From NCBI GenBank assembly GCA_947632605.1, contig CANRPX010000001.1:116535-180534 (forward strand): a stretch of 64,000 nt of DNA, given 5' to 3'. This document shows, one piece after another, positions 1 through 9,155 of the stretch. The position numbers and the translations under genes are program-made. Source of the DNA: an uncultured Clostridia bacterium. GTDB taxonomy: Bacteria; Bacillota; Clostridia; TANB77; CAG-508. The notes below the pieces were generated by a model that saw only the letters and a list, made by a program, of their open reading frames with translations, was not told the origin of the DNA and did no database searches. Each line of letters begins with the position of its first letter. Position 1 is the stretch's first letter.

Positions 1-26
1 AAATAAAAATATTAATAATATGTACA

Positions 27-1106
27 ATGGTAATTTTATTAATAGTTGTTGGAATTAGTGTAGTAAAAAAGGCAAATATATTTGAAAGAAAGGCAACAAA
101 ATTGGCAAATACAGAAGGTATTACAGTTGTGCCAACAATGAATGACACAATATCAACAGACAGCAGTTGGTGTGGGACATTTCAATTAGTTTGGAATGAT
201 ATGAAAAATGAAGTTGTAAAAGGAGATATTGTATTTAATCCTCAGTTAGAAATGGTAGAAAATTTAAATAAAGAGGATTTTAATGAATCAATGCTTTCAG
301 AGGATTATTATTTTAAGATTTATGGATTAAAGACTTTGGAATTAAAAGAACAAATAGAAAACGGAATAAAAGAAAAATTTAATCAAACAAGTGATATAAT
401 AGATGATTTTGATTGGTCAGAAAGTAGTTTAGAAGATCCTAATGATGCTTATACAAGAAGATATTTTTTCTATACAATGCTATATAGAAAATTTGAATTT
501 TTGAATGCTTTTGACAAATTAGAAAATGGAATGTTTGGTGATAAATATAACAATATAGAATATTTTGGAATAGATGAAAATACTGAAAATTATGTAGGAA
601 ATCAAATTACAGTTTTATATTATAATTCAAAAGATGATTTTGCAATATTAATAGATACTAAAACAAATGACGAAGTGATATTCTGTAAAAATCCCATAGG
701 AAATAATTTCAATGATATATATATAAATATGAATGATGAATCTTCAAAATATACTGGAAGTAAATCTTTTGAAAATGTAGATGAGTTTAAAGCTCCTAAA
801 TTAACATTTAATGAAAAAAGAGAATACACAGAACTAGCACAAAAGAAATTTAAGACAGCTGATCCAATTTATGATACAGCAGAAATACAAAAAGCCATAC
901 AAACAATACAATTTTCTTTAGATGAAAAAGGCGGAGAAATAAAAAGTGAAGCTTCAATTTTGATGGTTACCGCAGGTATGAAAATAGAAAAAGATGAACC
1001 AAGATACTTTTATGTAGATGATACATTTGCAATATTTTTAAGAGAAAAAGGAAAATCAAAACCATATTTTGCAGGAAGAGTAGATGATATAACAAAATTT
1101 CAATAA
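27..1106 (+). CDS. Serpin-family protease inhibitor with N-terminal hydrophobic anchor
   Basis: Serpin-like hinge and C-terminal motifs (DEKGGEIKSEASILMVTAG, FYVDDTFAIFLRE, KPYFAGRVDDI). The N-terminus is hydrophobic. There is no in-frame stop between the window start and the ATG at 27, so the true start may lie upstream. Confidence 0.6.
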   Translation: MVILLIVVGISVVKKANIFERKATKLANTEGITVVPTMNDTISTDSSWCGTFQLVWNDMKNEVVKGDIVFNPQLEMVENLNKEDFNESMLSEDYYFKIYGLKTLELKEQIENGIKEKFNQTSDIIDDFDWSESSLEDPNDAYTRRYFFYTMLYRKFEFLNAFDKLENGMFGDKYNNIEYFGIDENTENYVGNQITVLYYNSKDDFAILIDTKTNDEVIFCKNPIGNNFNDIYINMNDESSKYTGSKSFENVDEFKAPKLTFNEKREYTELAQKKFKTADPIYDTAEIQKAIQTIQFSLDEKGGEIKSEASILMVTAGMKIEKDEPRYFYVDDTFAIFLREKGKSKPYFAGRVDDITKFQ

Positions 1107-1184
1107 ATTTAGTACTATGAGTTTAAAATAGATATGTCGCAGTATTTATAATTATTGAAAAACATCATTATAAGGGGAAATATA

Positions 1185-1754
1185 GTGAAAATTAAAAAGA
1201 TATTTTTAGTTAGTATATCAGTATTATTAATTATGCTATTATTTTTTATAATATATTATATATATTATGTTTCAAATACAAGAACATTTAATATTTATGA
1301 ATATGAATATAGCAAAGGTATAATCTATTTAGATTTGGATGGAGATAATATTGATGAAAAAATAAATTTTAATGGAAAATATATTGAAATTAATGAGAAA
1401 AATTATGTAATCAATAAATATTTTAAGGAAAATAGCAATACAAATAATGTTGATGATGAAATAACTTTAGAAAAAGAATATACTAATAATTTTCAGTATA
1501 TTCTTGATTTGAATAATGATGGATATTTAGAGATTATACATAGAACCTATACTGACTCTGTATCACCTATTACAAATATATATACCATATATAATTATAA
1601 AAATAATAATTTAATTGAAATTGGGAAAATATCAATATTTGGAAGTATTCCTAATGACTTGAAAGTATTTAAAAACACTTTAAAATTTAAATATTGGTTA
1701 TATGAGTCACCTAGAGATTTAAAAAAAACTTATACTCTTAAACTAAATGTATAG
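1185..1754 (+). CDS. Hypothetical membrane-anchored protein
   Basis: ORF with an N-terminal TM helix. GTG at 1185 lies 7 nt after AAGGGG; the track start at 1155 lacks an RBS. Contains DxDGD / DLNNDG calcium-site-like motifs. No family recognised. Confidence 0.5.
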   Translation: MKIKKIFLVSISVLLIMLLFFIIYYIYYVSNTRTFNIYEYEYSKGIIYLDLDGDNIDEKINFNGKYIEINEKNYVINKYFKENSNTNNVDDEITLEKEYTNNFQYILDLNNDGYLEIIHRTYTDSVSPITNIYTIYNYKNNNLIEIGKISIFGSIPNDLKVFKNTLKFKYWLYESPRDLKKTYTLKLNV

Positions 1755-1806
1755 CTAGCATAGTTATAAAGAAATATAAAATCTATATTCTTTAGATAAT
1801 TCTATA

Positions 1807-1833
1807 AAAGGCGTTTTAGCCTTTTATTTTTTT
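1807..1833 (+). terminator. Rho-independent terminator (AT-rich backbone type)
   Basis: aaaggc-gtttta-gccttt hairpin followed by a T-run. Confidence 0.5.
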
Positions 1834-1907
1834 ATTTCAATATGTTTCTGTAAATTACTTTAAAATAAACTTTTATAAAAATGAAAGTAACAGGTTAAAA
1901 TGCTTAA

Positions 1908-1929
1908 GGGGGCCCATAGTAGGACCCCC
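1908..1929 (-). terminator. GC-rich hairpin terminator of foreign gene A
   Basis: gggggcc-catagta-ggaccccc. On the minus strand it is followed by ttaagcatttt, about 40 nt after the stop at 1969. Confidence 0.5.
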
Positions 1930-1968
1930 AGTTTGAGTGTTAACGAGTGACAGATTGAAATTGGTTGA

Positions 1969-2916
1969 TTAGACATTCGCAAAGAATTTGCGAATCGCTG
2001 CAAGAATGCCGCCATGTTCCTTTACGGTAACGTTCCCGTGGGAATCAACGGTGTTGTTGCTTTCCACATTCGTATGCATCGCTGAAAAGTCGACCTTCTC
2101 GAAAGCCTTGCGGATGTTCTCCGGTGTCACTTCGCAGAAGTGGTTATCCGGAGTACAGATCTGTAAGGTGAACGACATTGCATACTTCTCCCAGTCGGGA
2201 GGGGTAATGGTTCGCATCAAGAGGCCACGAACCACATTCTCGGAAACGGACACCGTGAAAGCATAGGGGTGATCCGCACTGTAATGCCCACACGGGGAAA
2301 GGATGATCTGGTCGTCGGGAATCTTGGAGCAGGAAAAACCTTCAAAGGTATACCCAGGGAAGTCCTCCTCAAAGAGCTTCTTGAGAGTCCTAAAAAGGTC
2401 CATCCGGGGATCATATTCCTGCAGTTCATTTTCCCAATTGCCATCTTTGTACATACTGAACGGACAGTTCCTAATGGAGCAGCCATCACAGTTTTCCTTG
2501 GAAGGCATATAGCCAGAAGCTCTGCGGTTCCCACGACAGGACAAAATCTTGAAGTATCTGATTACTTCATCCTGCCGGTTCACGATGTCAAAAGGCTGAT
2601 AGTAGCCACCACCGATCATACTGCCACCACCCCAAAAGTACCCAATGAGCCAGTTGGCTTGGAGGATGTAATCGTGGGCAGGAACTACGCCATTCATGAT
2701 TTTCTCGAGGTCATCCGGATGGATGTCCACAAAGAAAGGTCCACGATAGTGATGGAGAAGCAGGGGAGATCCGGGCAGCGGAGCCTGGGTATAGAAGAAA
2801 CGTCCCTCAGGCGAGATGTGGATGTGGTCAAGGCCGATGTACTGATCGACGATTGCGGAGAGTTCGGTTGCGAACTCCTGGATGTGAATGTTGCTGGCGA
2901 TGTCTTTGCTGTTCAT
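1969..2916 (-). CDS. Hypothetical Cys- and Gly-rich protein (foreign cassette A), 315 aa
   Basis: GC-shifted ORF (28/60 G+C at 2521-2580). ATG at 2914-2916 is preceded by TTAGGAGG. Contains GGGSMIGGGYY and a CDGCSIRNC cluster. No family recognised. Confidence 0.7.
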   Translation of the reverse strand: MNSKDIASNIHIQEFATELSAIVDQYIGLDHIHISPEGRFFYTQAPLPGSPLLLHHYRGPFFVDIHPDDLEKIMNGVVPAHDYILQANWLIGYFWGGGSMIGGGYYQPFDIVNRQDEVIRYFKILSCRGNRRASGYMPSKENCDGCSIRNCPFSMYKDGNWENELQEYDPRMDLFRTLKKLFEEDFPGYTFEGFSCSKIPDDQIILSPCGHYSADHPYAFTVSVSENVVRGLLMRTITPPDWEKYAMSFTLQICTPDNHFCEVTPENIRKAFEKVDFSAMHTNVESNNTVDSHGNVTVKEHGGILAAIRKFFANV

Positions 2917-3083
2917 AATGTAACCTCCTAATTTTGTTTTTTTTGAGAAACAGCTACAATATACCCAATTCAATCTGCATAAATATTAACATTTCAATGT
3001 TCTGTCTCCAAAGAATATCTTTTGATGAAAAAACATAGAGCTGTTAAAACTTACACGAGACTAAATAAGATATACCTATAATT

Positions 3084-3112
3084 ATTATACCATATTTTAC
3101 ATAAAATGTTAA
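3084..3112 (-). promoter_or_regulatory. Sigma-A-type promoter of cassette A
   Basis: Minus-strand TTAACA, 17 nt, TATAAT with extended -10 (TGGTATAAT). Confidence 0.55.
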
Positions 3113-3138
3113 CATTTGTTACAAAAGTATATTTTTAG

Positions 3139-3167
3139 TTGAAAATTCATATATTTTATAGTATAAT
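3139..3167 (+). promoter_or_regulatory. Sigma-A-type promoter of MYG1-like gene (cassette B)
   Basis: TTGAAA, 17 nt, TATAAT. It lies back to back with the cassette A promoter. Confidence 0.55.
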
Positions 3168-3177
3168 GGAAAAAGTA

Positions 3178-3193
3178 TGCTAGATTTCTAGCA
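3178..3193. promoter_or_regulatory. Inverted repeat at the start of the cassette B leader (possible operator)
   Basis: TGCTAGA-tt-TCTAGCA, about 10 nt downstream of the -10 box. Confidence 0.3.
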
Positions 3194-3291
3194 CTTTTAA
3201 TATAACTCCTATTTGCAACAATAGGGTTGACATAGATTGTAAGTTAGTAGTAACAAACAACAACTGAACCAATAAGTAGGAGGAAAAAAAC

Positions 3292-4227
3292 ATGATTATT
3301 GGTGTAGAAAAAACTCGGAATAATCGCCCATTAACTTTCGGAACACATAATGGAATCTTCCATTGCGATGAGGTTATTGGCATAGCGATACTCGAGCTTG
3401 CAAACATGAATACTGATGCGTATGTTGTAAGAACAAGAAACAAGGATGTGCTAAATGGGCTTGATGTAGTAATCGATGTTGGAGGAAAAAAGTACGATCA
3501 CCATCAGGCTGGATTTGATCAAAGAAGATCAACAGGGGAAAAGTATGCTAGTGCTGGTTTGATTTGGCGAGATTTTGCGGAAAAAGCTATTAAAAATGTG
3601 GCAATCGAAGGGAAAATGTCCATTGATGATGATGAAATTAGTGTAGTCAAAGGGCAAATCGATAAGGAAATAATCATTTTTGTCGATATGGAAGACAATG
3701 GAAAAGAAGTTGGCACTCATATATTCAGCTTTATCCCAAGTTTTTACCCTGCGTGGTTTCAAGATCCCGAATATGATGAAGCTTTCATGAAGGTTGAAAG
3801 AATTGTATTTTCGATTATGAGGGAGATTATTAAGGAAAAAATCGTGCAGATTGCAACTCGGAAAGAGATTGAGAAAAAATGCAATTCTGCTAATGATGGA
3901 GTATTAGAAATTCCTGTGCAGACCATGCCTTGGCAAGAGAGTGTAGTCAATTTTAACGAAACACATGCCCAGAAGATAAACTTCGTAATTTTCCCGTATC
4001 CTGATGGAGGTTGGGCGGCACAATGTGTTCCACCATCTATGGAGAAAAAGTTCGAACAGCGCATTCCTTTTCCAAAAAAATGGGCTGGTGGAAATGAAAA
4101 AACCCTGCCCGAAGTTTCCGGAATATCGGATGCAACATTTTGCCATAATGGACGATTTTTTGTGAGAGCAAAAACAAAAGAATCTGTCTTAAAAATGTGC
4201 AAGATAGCATCTAGTGAGTTGCTTTAG
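3292..4227 (+). CDS. MYG1/UPF0160-family metal-dependent hydrolase (DHH superfamily), foreign cassette B
   Basis: N-terminal FGTHNGIFHCDE and YDHHQ motifs typical of MYG1/UPF0160. AGGAGG RBS. G+C above the backbone (29/60 at 3961-4020). Confidence 0.8.
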   Translation: MIIGVEKTRNNRPLTFGTHNGIFHCDEVIGIAILELANMNTDAYVVRTRNKDVLNGLDVVIDVGGKKYDHHQAGFDQRRSTGEKYASAGLIWRDFAEKAIKNVAIEGKMSIDDDEISVVKGQIDKEIIIFVDMEDNGKEVGTHIFSFIPSFYPAWFQDPEYDEAFMKVERIVFSIMREIIKEKIVQIATRKEIEKKCNSANDGVLEIPVQTMPWQESVVNFNETHAQKINFVIFPYPDGGWAAQCVPPSMEKKFEQRIPFPKKWAGGNEKTLPEVSGISDATFCHNGRFFVRAKTKESVLKMCKIASSELL

Positions 4228-4242
4228 GCCAACAAATTATGT

Positions 4243-4272
4243 GACAGGCGAGTGGTGTACCGCTCGCCTGTC
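4243..4272 (+). terminator. GC-rich hairpin terminator of cassette B
   Basis: gacaggcgag-N10-ctcgcctgtc followed by ttcttaatttt. Confidence 0.6.
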
Positions 4273-4296
4273 TTCTTAATTTTATTATAAAAAAAT

Positions 4297-5157
4297 TTAA
4301 ATCTTATCAGTTATAAAAATAGTAACATATTTTATGTTTAGAGATCTATGTTGTAATATATGTTTTTTTACATCTTTTTCAATTAAAGTTGCTTCTTTTA
4401 ATGTCAAATTTGGATTTAATACTAAAGTTAATTGTAACTTGTAATAAGAACCATATTTTATTAAAGTTATTTTCAAATTATTTATATTTTCTTCTTTTAA
4501 TATGACTTCTTTAACACGATTAATTAATTCTTCATTTTCTTCAACTTCACCAATGACAGATAGAGAATTTTCAACAATAATATTATAAGATGTTTTAAAT
4601 ACAATTATACCTATTAAAACAGATCCAACAATATCTGAATATTTTAAAATAGGAAGCTGTTTTGTAAATTGTAAAAGAATAGTTATAATCATTACACCAA
4701 TTGTAGAATATAAATCAGCTGAAGATTCTTTTACAGAAGTTATTAATAGTTGACTATGAGTTTTTGTTCCAACTTTATGCATAATTAAAATAGCAACTAA
4801 TTTTAAAAGAAAAACAATTATTAAAAGTACTAAAACTGAAATAGGAGGGGTAATAGTTTCTTTTCCAAAAGCATTTACTATAATAAATATTGCAAGAGCT
4901 AGAAGTATAATTCCAACAAATAAATTGGTTAGATATTCAACTTTTCCAAATCCAAAAGGATGACTTTTTGTTGGCTTCTTTTTTGTTATTTTTTCTGTTC
5001 CAATACAAACTACATCTGTGAAAAAATCACTAAATGTATGCATTCCATCTGCAAATAAAGAACTTAATCCGAAAAACATACCTCCAAATAATTTAATAAT
5101 TGAAATTATTAAATTATTTATCATACTATAAGTTAATACTTTAGATTCCTCTTTCAT
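4297..5157 (-). CDS. Cation diffusion facilitator (CDF) family transporter
   Basis: Six TM segments, HTFSDFFTD and SSADLYS motifs, C-terminal cytoplasmic domain. Confidence 0.8.
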   Translation of the reverse strand: MKEESKVLTYSMINNLIISIIKLFGGMFFGLSSLFADGMHTFSDFFTDVVCIGTEKITKKKPTKSHPFGFGKVEYLTNLFVGIILLALAIFIIVNAFGKETITPPISVLVLLIIVFLLKLVAILIMHKVGTKTHSQLLITSVKESSADLYSTIGVMIITILLQFTKQLPILKYSDIVGSVLIGIIVFKTSYNIIVENSLSVIGEVEENEELINRVKEVILKEENINNLKITLIKYGSYYKLQLTLVLNPNLTLKEATLIEKDVKKHILQHRSLNIKYVTIFITDKI

Positions 5158-5317
5158 ATATTTTCCTCCTAAATTGATTTGTTTAATTATATTATAAAAA
5201 AAGCTAAAATTCTATATTGTCAAATAAATGTAATGAAAAATAAATAAAATTGATTTTATTGTTAATAATACTTTGATGTGTTATAATATGAAAAAATAAA
5301 AAAGGAATAATATTATT

Positions 5318-5791
5318 ATGAATATAGGGTTTTATGCTGGAAGTTTTGATCCATTTACAAATGGTCATTTGCATGTAATAAAAAGATCAGAAAAATTATT
5401 TGATAAAGTTGTTGTAGGTATTGGAATACATCCAAGCAAAACTAGAAGATATAACAATGAAATAATGAAAAATGCTATTAAAGAAGTATTAAAACGAGAA
5501 AAAATAAAAAATGTTGAAGTAATTACTTATGATAATCTTTCAGTTGATGCAGCAAAATCACATAATGCTAATTTTCTTATTCGTGGTATTAGAAATGGAA
5601 TGGATTATGATTATGAAGAAAATCTTGCTTCAATAAATGAAGAAATTTCAGGGTTAGATACTATTTATATAAGAGCAGGAAGATTAGGAAATATAAGTTC
5701 AAGTATTGTTATGGAGCTTGTGAGAAATGGAAAAGATGTTTCAAAATATGTTCCAAAAGAAATTCTAAAAATAATAAATGAAGATAATTAA
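5318..5791 (+). CDS. coaD: Phosphopantetheine adenylyltransferase-like nucleotidyltransferase
   Basis: GSFDPFTNGH nucleotidyltransferase motif. Size about 157 aa. Confidence 0.7.
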   Translation: MNIGFYAGSFDPFTNGHLHVIKRSEKLFDKVVVGIGIHPSKTRRYNNEIMKNAIKEVLKREKIKNVEVITYDNLSVDAAKSHNANFLIRGIRNGMDYDYEENLASINEEISGLDTIYIRAGRLGNISSSIVMELVRNGKDVSKYVPKEILKIINEDN

Positions 5792-5807
5792 AAAAGTAGG
5801 AGAAATC

Positions 5808-6587
5808 CTACTTTAAATTTTTTTCTAAAACTTTTATTACTTCATTATGAACAATACCATTGCTAATAATTGCACCATTTATATTAGTATCATATCTTTG
5901 TTCATTGCCAAATAAATCTGTAACTTTTCCACCAGCTTCTTCAACGATAACTTTAACTGCTGCTATATCGCAGTTTTTGTGCTTAGTACCGGGAAAAATT
6001 GATAAAGAAAAATCTCCATTAGCAATACACATACATGCTCTTATGACACTTCCAATGCTAACAAAATAAGAGTTTTTGCTAAGTTCTGATATTGTACTAT
6101 ATATATTATAATCAGATTTTGACCACATATCGTAATTGCAGACTGTTTTTATATTATTTAATTCATAATCATTTACATGTATTTTTTCATTATTTCTATA
6201 AGCACCTTTACCTTTAATTGCAGAATAAAGATTGTCTGTAAATGGATCATAAACAACACCAATTAAAGGAGCACCATCAATTACTAATGCAAGAGAAAAA
6301 ACAGCTACTGGTATATGTCTTGCATACATAGCAGTACCATCAACTGGATCACATACCCACACATAATTAGATTTACCAAATTGTTCTTCTTCACCATCAA
6401 CTGAATGTGTAGGAAAATTTTCTTTTACTTTTTTTACTAAAAAACTATTAATTTCTTTATCTGCTTTTGTGACAATTGTTTGATCAAATTTATAATCAGC
6501 ACCATTATTTTCTTTAAAATATTTATGCATAATTTTTCCAGCTTCAATAGCTATTTCTTTAGCAAATTTTAAATATTCTTCTTCCAT
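5808..6587 (-). CDS. Inositol monophosphatase family protein
   Basis: WVCDPVDGT and GEEE metal-binding motifs. Confidence 0.8.
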   Translation of the reverse strand: MEEEYLKFAKEIAIEAGKIMHKYFKENNGADYKFDQTIVTKADKEINSFLVKKVKENFPTHSVDGEEEQFGKSNYVWVCDPVDGTAMYARHIPVAVFSLALVIDGAPLIGVVYDPFTDNLYSAIKGKGAYRNNEKIHVNDYELNNIKTVCNYDMWSKSDYNIYSTISELSKNSYFVSIGSVIRACMCIANGDFSLSIFPGTKHKNCDIAAVKVIVEEAGGKVTDLFGNEQRYDTNINGAIISNGIVHNEVIKVLEKNLK

Positions 6588-6716
6588 ATTTTCTCCTTAA
6601 TAATAATTAACTTTAAAATATAAATTTATTATAACGTTAATTTATTGATGTTTCAATAATCTTGTGTTAAAATAATATAGCAGAATTGTAAGATTAAATA
6701 TAAAAGGAATGAAAAT

Positions 6717-7157
6717 ATGGAAATAATTTCAAACTCTGAAGAAGAAACAATTGAACTTGGAAAAAAAGTAGCTAAAAATTTAGAAAAAGGAAATATAATT
6801 ATTCTTTCTGGGAATTTAGGTTCTGGTAAGACTAAATTCACTGAAGGAGTATTAACTTATTTTGGATTACAAAATGAAATTTCTAGCCCAACATTTACTA
6901 TTGTTAATGAATATAATGCTAATAATATTAATATATATCATTTTGATGTTTATAGATTGAGTGATGTTGATGAATTTGAAGCAATTGGTGGAGAAGAATA
7001 TTTTGAAAAAGGAATTTGCATAATAGAATGGGGAGAATTGATAGAACCAATACTTCCTGAAAATTATGTAAAAATTACATTTTCTAGAAACTTAGAAAAT
7101 GAAAATACAAGAAATATTAAAATAGATTGTTTTGGAGATATTAATTTAGATTTATAA
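6717..7157 (+). CDS. tsaE: tRNA t6A37 biosynthesis ATPase TsaE
   Basis: LSGNLGSGKT P-loop, SPTFTIVNEY motif, about 146 aa. Confidence 0.85.
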   Translation: MEIISNSEEETIELGKKVAKNLEKGNIIILSGNLGSGKTKFTEGVLTYFGLQNEISSPTFTIVNEYNANNINIYHFDVYRLSDVDEFEAIGGEEYFEKGICIIEWGELIEPILPENYVKITFSRNLENENTRNIKIDCFGDINLDL

Positions 7158-7162
7158 AAAAA

Positions 7163-7192
7163 GCAAGGGACCAGTTAGGTCCCTGCTTTTTT
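7163..7192. terminator. GC-rich bidirectional hairpin between tsaE and cassette C
   Basis: gcaagggacc-agtta-ggtccctgc flanked by an A-run and a T-run. The stop codon of the minus-strand gene lies in the loop. Confidence 0.6.
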
Positions 7193-7732
7193 CTGATATA
7201 ACACAGTGAGATCGAATTGGATACTCGACCGGATGAAGAAATGGAATTGCTTTGTTTCGTAATGATATCCTGTGCAAAACTGATTGGCATGTTTCTCCCA
7301 GTCAAAATCTGCACGAATCAAAGTAAATCTATAAATAGAATCATTGTGCAAATTGAGATAAGAAGAATAACGAGTTGTAATAATTGTCGATTGATAGTGT
7401 GCCAAAAAATGTGCCAGCTCAAATGGATCGTTTGACACTTTAAATATGGCTGTGATGTTTTCGGGAACAGGTAAGGAAAAGGACTCTCCGATGTGGAGCT
7501 TCGTATAGATTTCCATAAAACCCGATATTCCGTCAATGTCAAATTTTTCCTTTAAAAATGAATCAAAAACATTCTTAGGAGCAGAGACACTCACATTTAA
7601 GGATGAATTATCAATTGTTTGCAATTTGTCTACAGTTTCACATTTGGATAAGTTACGATGGTCACGTTCGGTTTCTTCAAAAGGATTTTCCAAATTAGTT
7701 AAAATATGGAAAATATTAGAATCTTCATTCAT
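7175..7732 (-). CDS. Hypothetical protein (foreign cassette C), about 185 aa
   Basis: G+C above the backbone (24/60 at 7261-7320). AAGGAGG lies 7 nt before the second ATG (7730-7732). No family recognised. The last six codons are encoded by the terminator arm and T-run. Confidence 0.6.
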   Translation of the reverse strand: MNEDSNIFHILTNLENPFEETERDHRNLSKCETVDKLQTIDNSSLNVSVSAPKNVFDSFLKEKFDIDGISGFMEIYTKLHIGESFSLPVPENITAIFKVSNDPFELAHFLAHYQSTIITTRYSSYLNLHNDSIYRFTLIRADFDWEKHANQFCTGYHYETKQFHFFIRSSIQFDLTVLYQKKAGT

Positions 7733-7800
7733 ACGCATACCTCCTTTTAAGTTTATAGTTCGAATGAAGTGTTGTGTTTAGAACACGGTGTTACAAAATT

Positions 7801-7829
7801 ATATTAACATAAAATCGACATAAAATCAA
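7801..7829 (-). promoter_or_regulatory. Putative promoter of cassette C
   Basis: Minus-strand TTGATT, 17 nt, TAATAT. Confidence 0.45.
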
Positions 7830-7889
7830 ATTATGGTTTACAAATTAGATAAAATATTATAAAATATTACAGTAATTGGAGGAATAATA

Positions 7890-8555
7890 ATGAAAATTTT
7901 AGCAATAGATACATCAAGTAAAATATGTTCTGTGGCTTTGTTAGAAGATAATGTAGTTATAGATAAAAATGAATTAGATGATGGTAAAACTCATTCTGAA
8001 AATCTTATGCCATTATTAGATGAGTTACTTAAGAGAAATAAAATTAATATTAAACAAATTGAATTATTAGCTTGCTCAGTTGGACCTGGTTCTTTTACTG
8101 GAATAAGAATTGGAGTAGCTACAATAAAACCAATAGCAGAAGTTTTAAATATTAAAATAGCAAGTGTTACTTCTTTAGAGACATTAGCTAGAATTATAGA
8201 AGAAAATGATACAATAGTTTCATTAATAGATGCTAGAAATAATCAAGTATATTGTGGTATTTTTGATAAAAATTATAATAAAAAAGAAGATTATATTGCA
8301 GATGATATAAATGAAGCAATCGAACATATAAAAAAGTATAATGATATTATTTGTGTTGGTGATGGTGCAATATTACATAAAGATTTATTAAATGAAAAAA
8401 TAAAAGATATTAAATTTGCCGAAGAAAATAATGAATCAGCTGTGAATGTTGGAAAAATTGGATATAAAAAGTTTTTAGAAAATGATTTATGTTCAGCAGA
8501 TTCTATTGTTCCAATTTATTTAAGAAAATCACAAGCAGAACGACTAAAAAAATAA
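7890..8555 (+). CDS. tsaB: tRNA t6A37 biosynthesis protein TsaB
   Basis: MKILAIDTSS start, GPGSFTGIRIG motif. Confidence 0.85.
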   Translation: MKILAIDTSSKICSVALLEDNVVIDKNELDDGKTHSENLMPLLDELLKRNKINIKQIELLACSVGPGSFTGIRIGVATIKPIAEVLNIKIASVTSLETLARIIEENDTIVSLIDARNNQVYCGIFDKNYNKKEDYIADDINEAIEHIKKYNDIICVGDGAILHKDLLNEKIKDIKFAEENNESAVNVGKIGYKKFLENDLCSADSIVPIYLRKSQAERLKK

Positions 8556-9038
8556 ATGACAATATTTAAATTAAAAATAGGAGAAAATAAAATTGAAAAT
8601 ATGAGTATTACTATTAAAAAAATGAATTTAAAAGATTATGAAAAGATAAAAGATAATCTAAAAAAAGACTTTGATGACTTTTGGACTCCAACTGTTTTAG
8701 AAAGTGAATTAAAAAATAAAAATTCTAAATATATTGTGGCAAAAGAAAACGAAGAAATTCTTGGATTTGCTGGAATAATTATTTTGCCTGATGATGTAGA
8801 AATTACAAATATTGTTGTAAAAAAAGAAGAAAGAAAAAAAGGTATAGGAAAAAGTCTTTTAGAGAAAATAATAGAAATATCAAAAGAAACAAAAAGAAAT
8901 ATAATAAGTTTAGAAGTAAATGAAAAAAATTTAGTAGCAATAAATTTATATAAAAAATTTGGATTTGAAAAAGTTGGCCAAAGGAAAAAATATTATAACG
9001 GAACGGATGATGCAGTTATTATGAGTAGAAAAATTTAG
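8556..9038 (+). CDS. rimI: Ribosomal-protein-alanine N-acetyltransferase (GNAT)
   Basis: GNAT motif RKKGIGKSLL. Position after tsaB. An alternative start at 8601 is possible. Confidence 0.75.
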   Translation: MTIFKLKIGENKIENMSITIKKMNLKDYEKIKDNLKKDFDDFWTPTVLESELKNKNSKYIVAKENEEILGFAGIIILPDDVEITNIVVKKEERKKGIGKSLLEKIIEISKETKRNIISLEVNEKNLVAINLYKKFGFEKVGQRKKYYNGTDDAVIMSRKI

Positions 9039-9155
9039 TTTGATATGTAGATTAATGTTGAATAATGTAAAATTTTTAAAATAGTAATTGCATTATTCTT
9101 TTTTTTGATATAAAATTATTCTAGAATGTAACTTTATCGGAGGAAAAAAGTACTA

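Noticed and set aside
2917-3083. The long leader of cassette A as a riboswitch or T-box, including a 16-codon uORF (MFFHQKIFFGDRTLKC).
   Set aside because: I could not recognise any known riboswitch or T-box core motif. There is no terminator/antiterminator pair with a U-run. The uORF lacks an RBS.
3227-3256. A second possible promoter (TTGACA-18 nt-TAACAA) inside the cassette B leader.
   Set aside because: The -10 is poor and the spacer is non-optimal. The upstream TTGAAA-17-TATAAT is a much better candidate.
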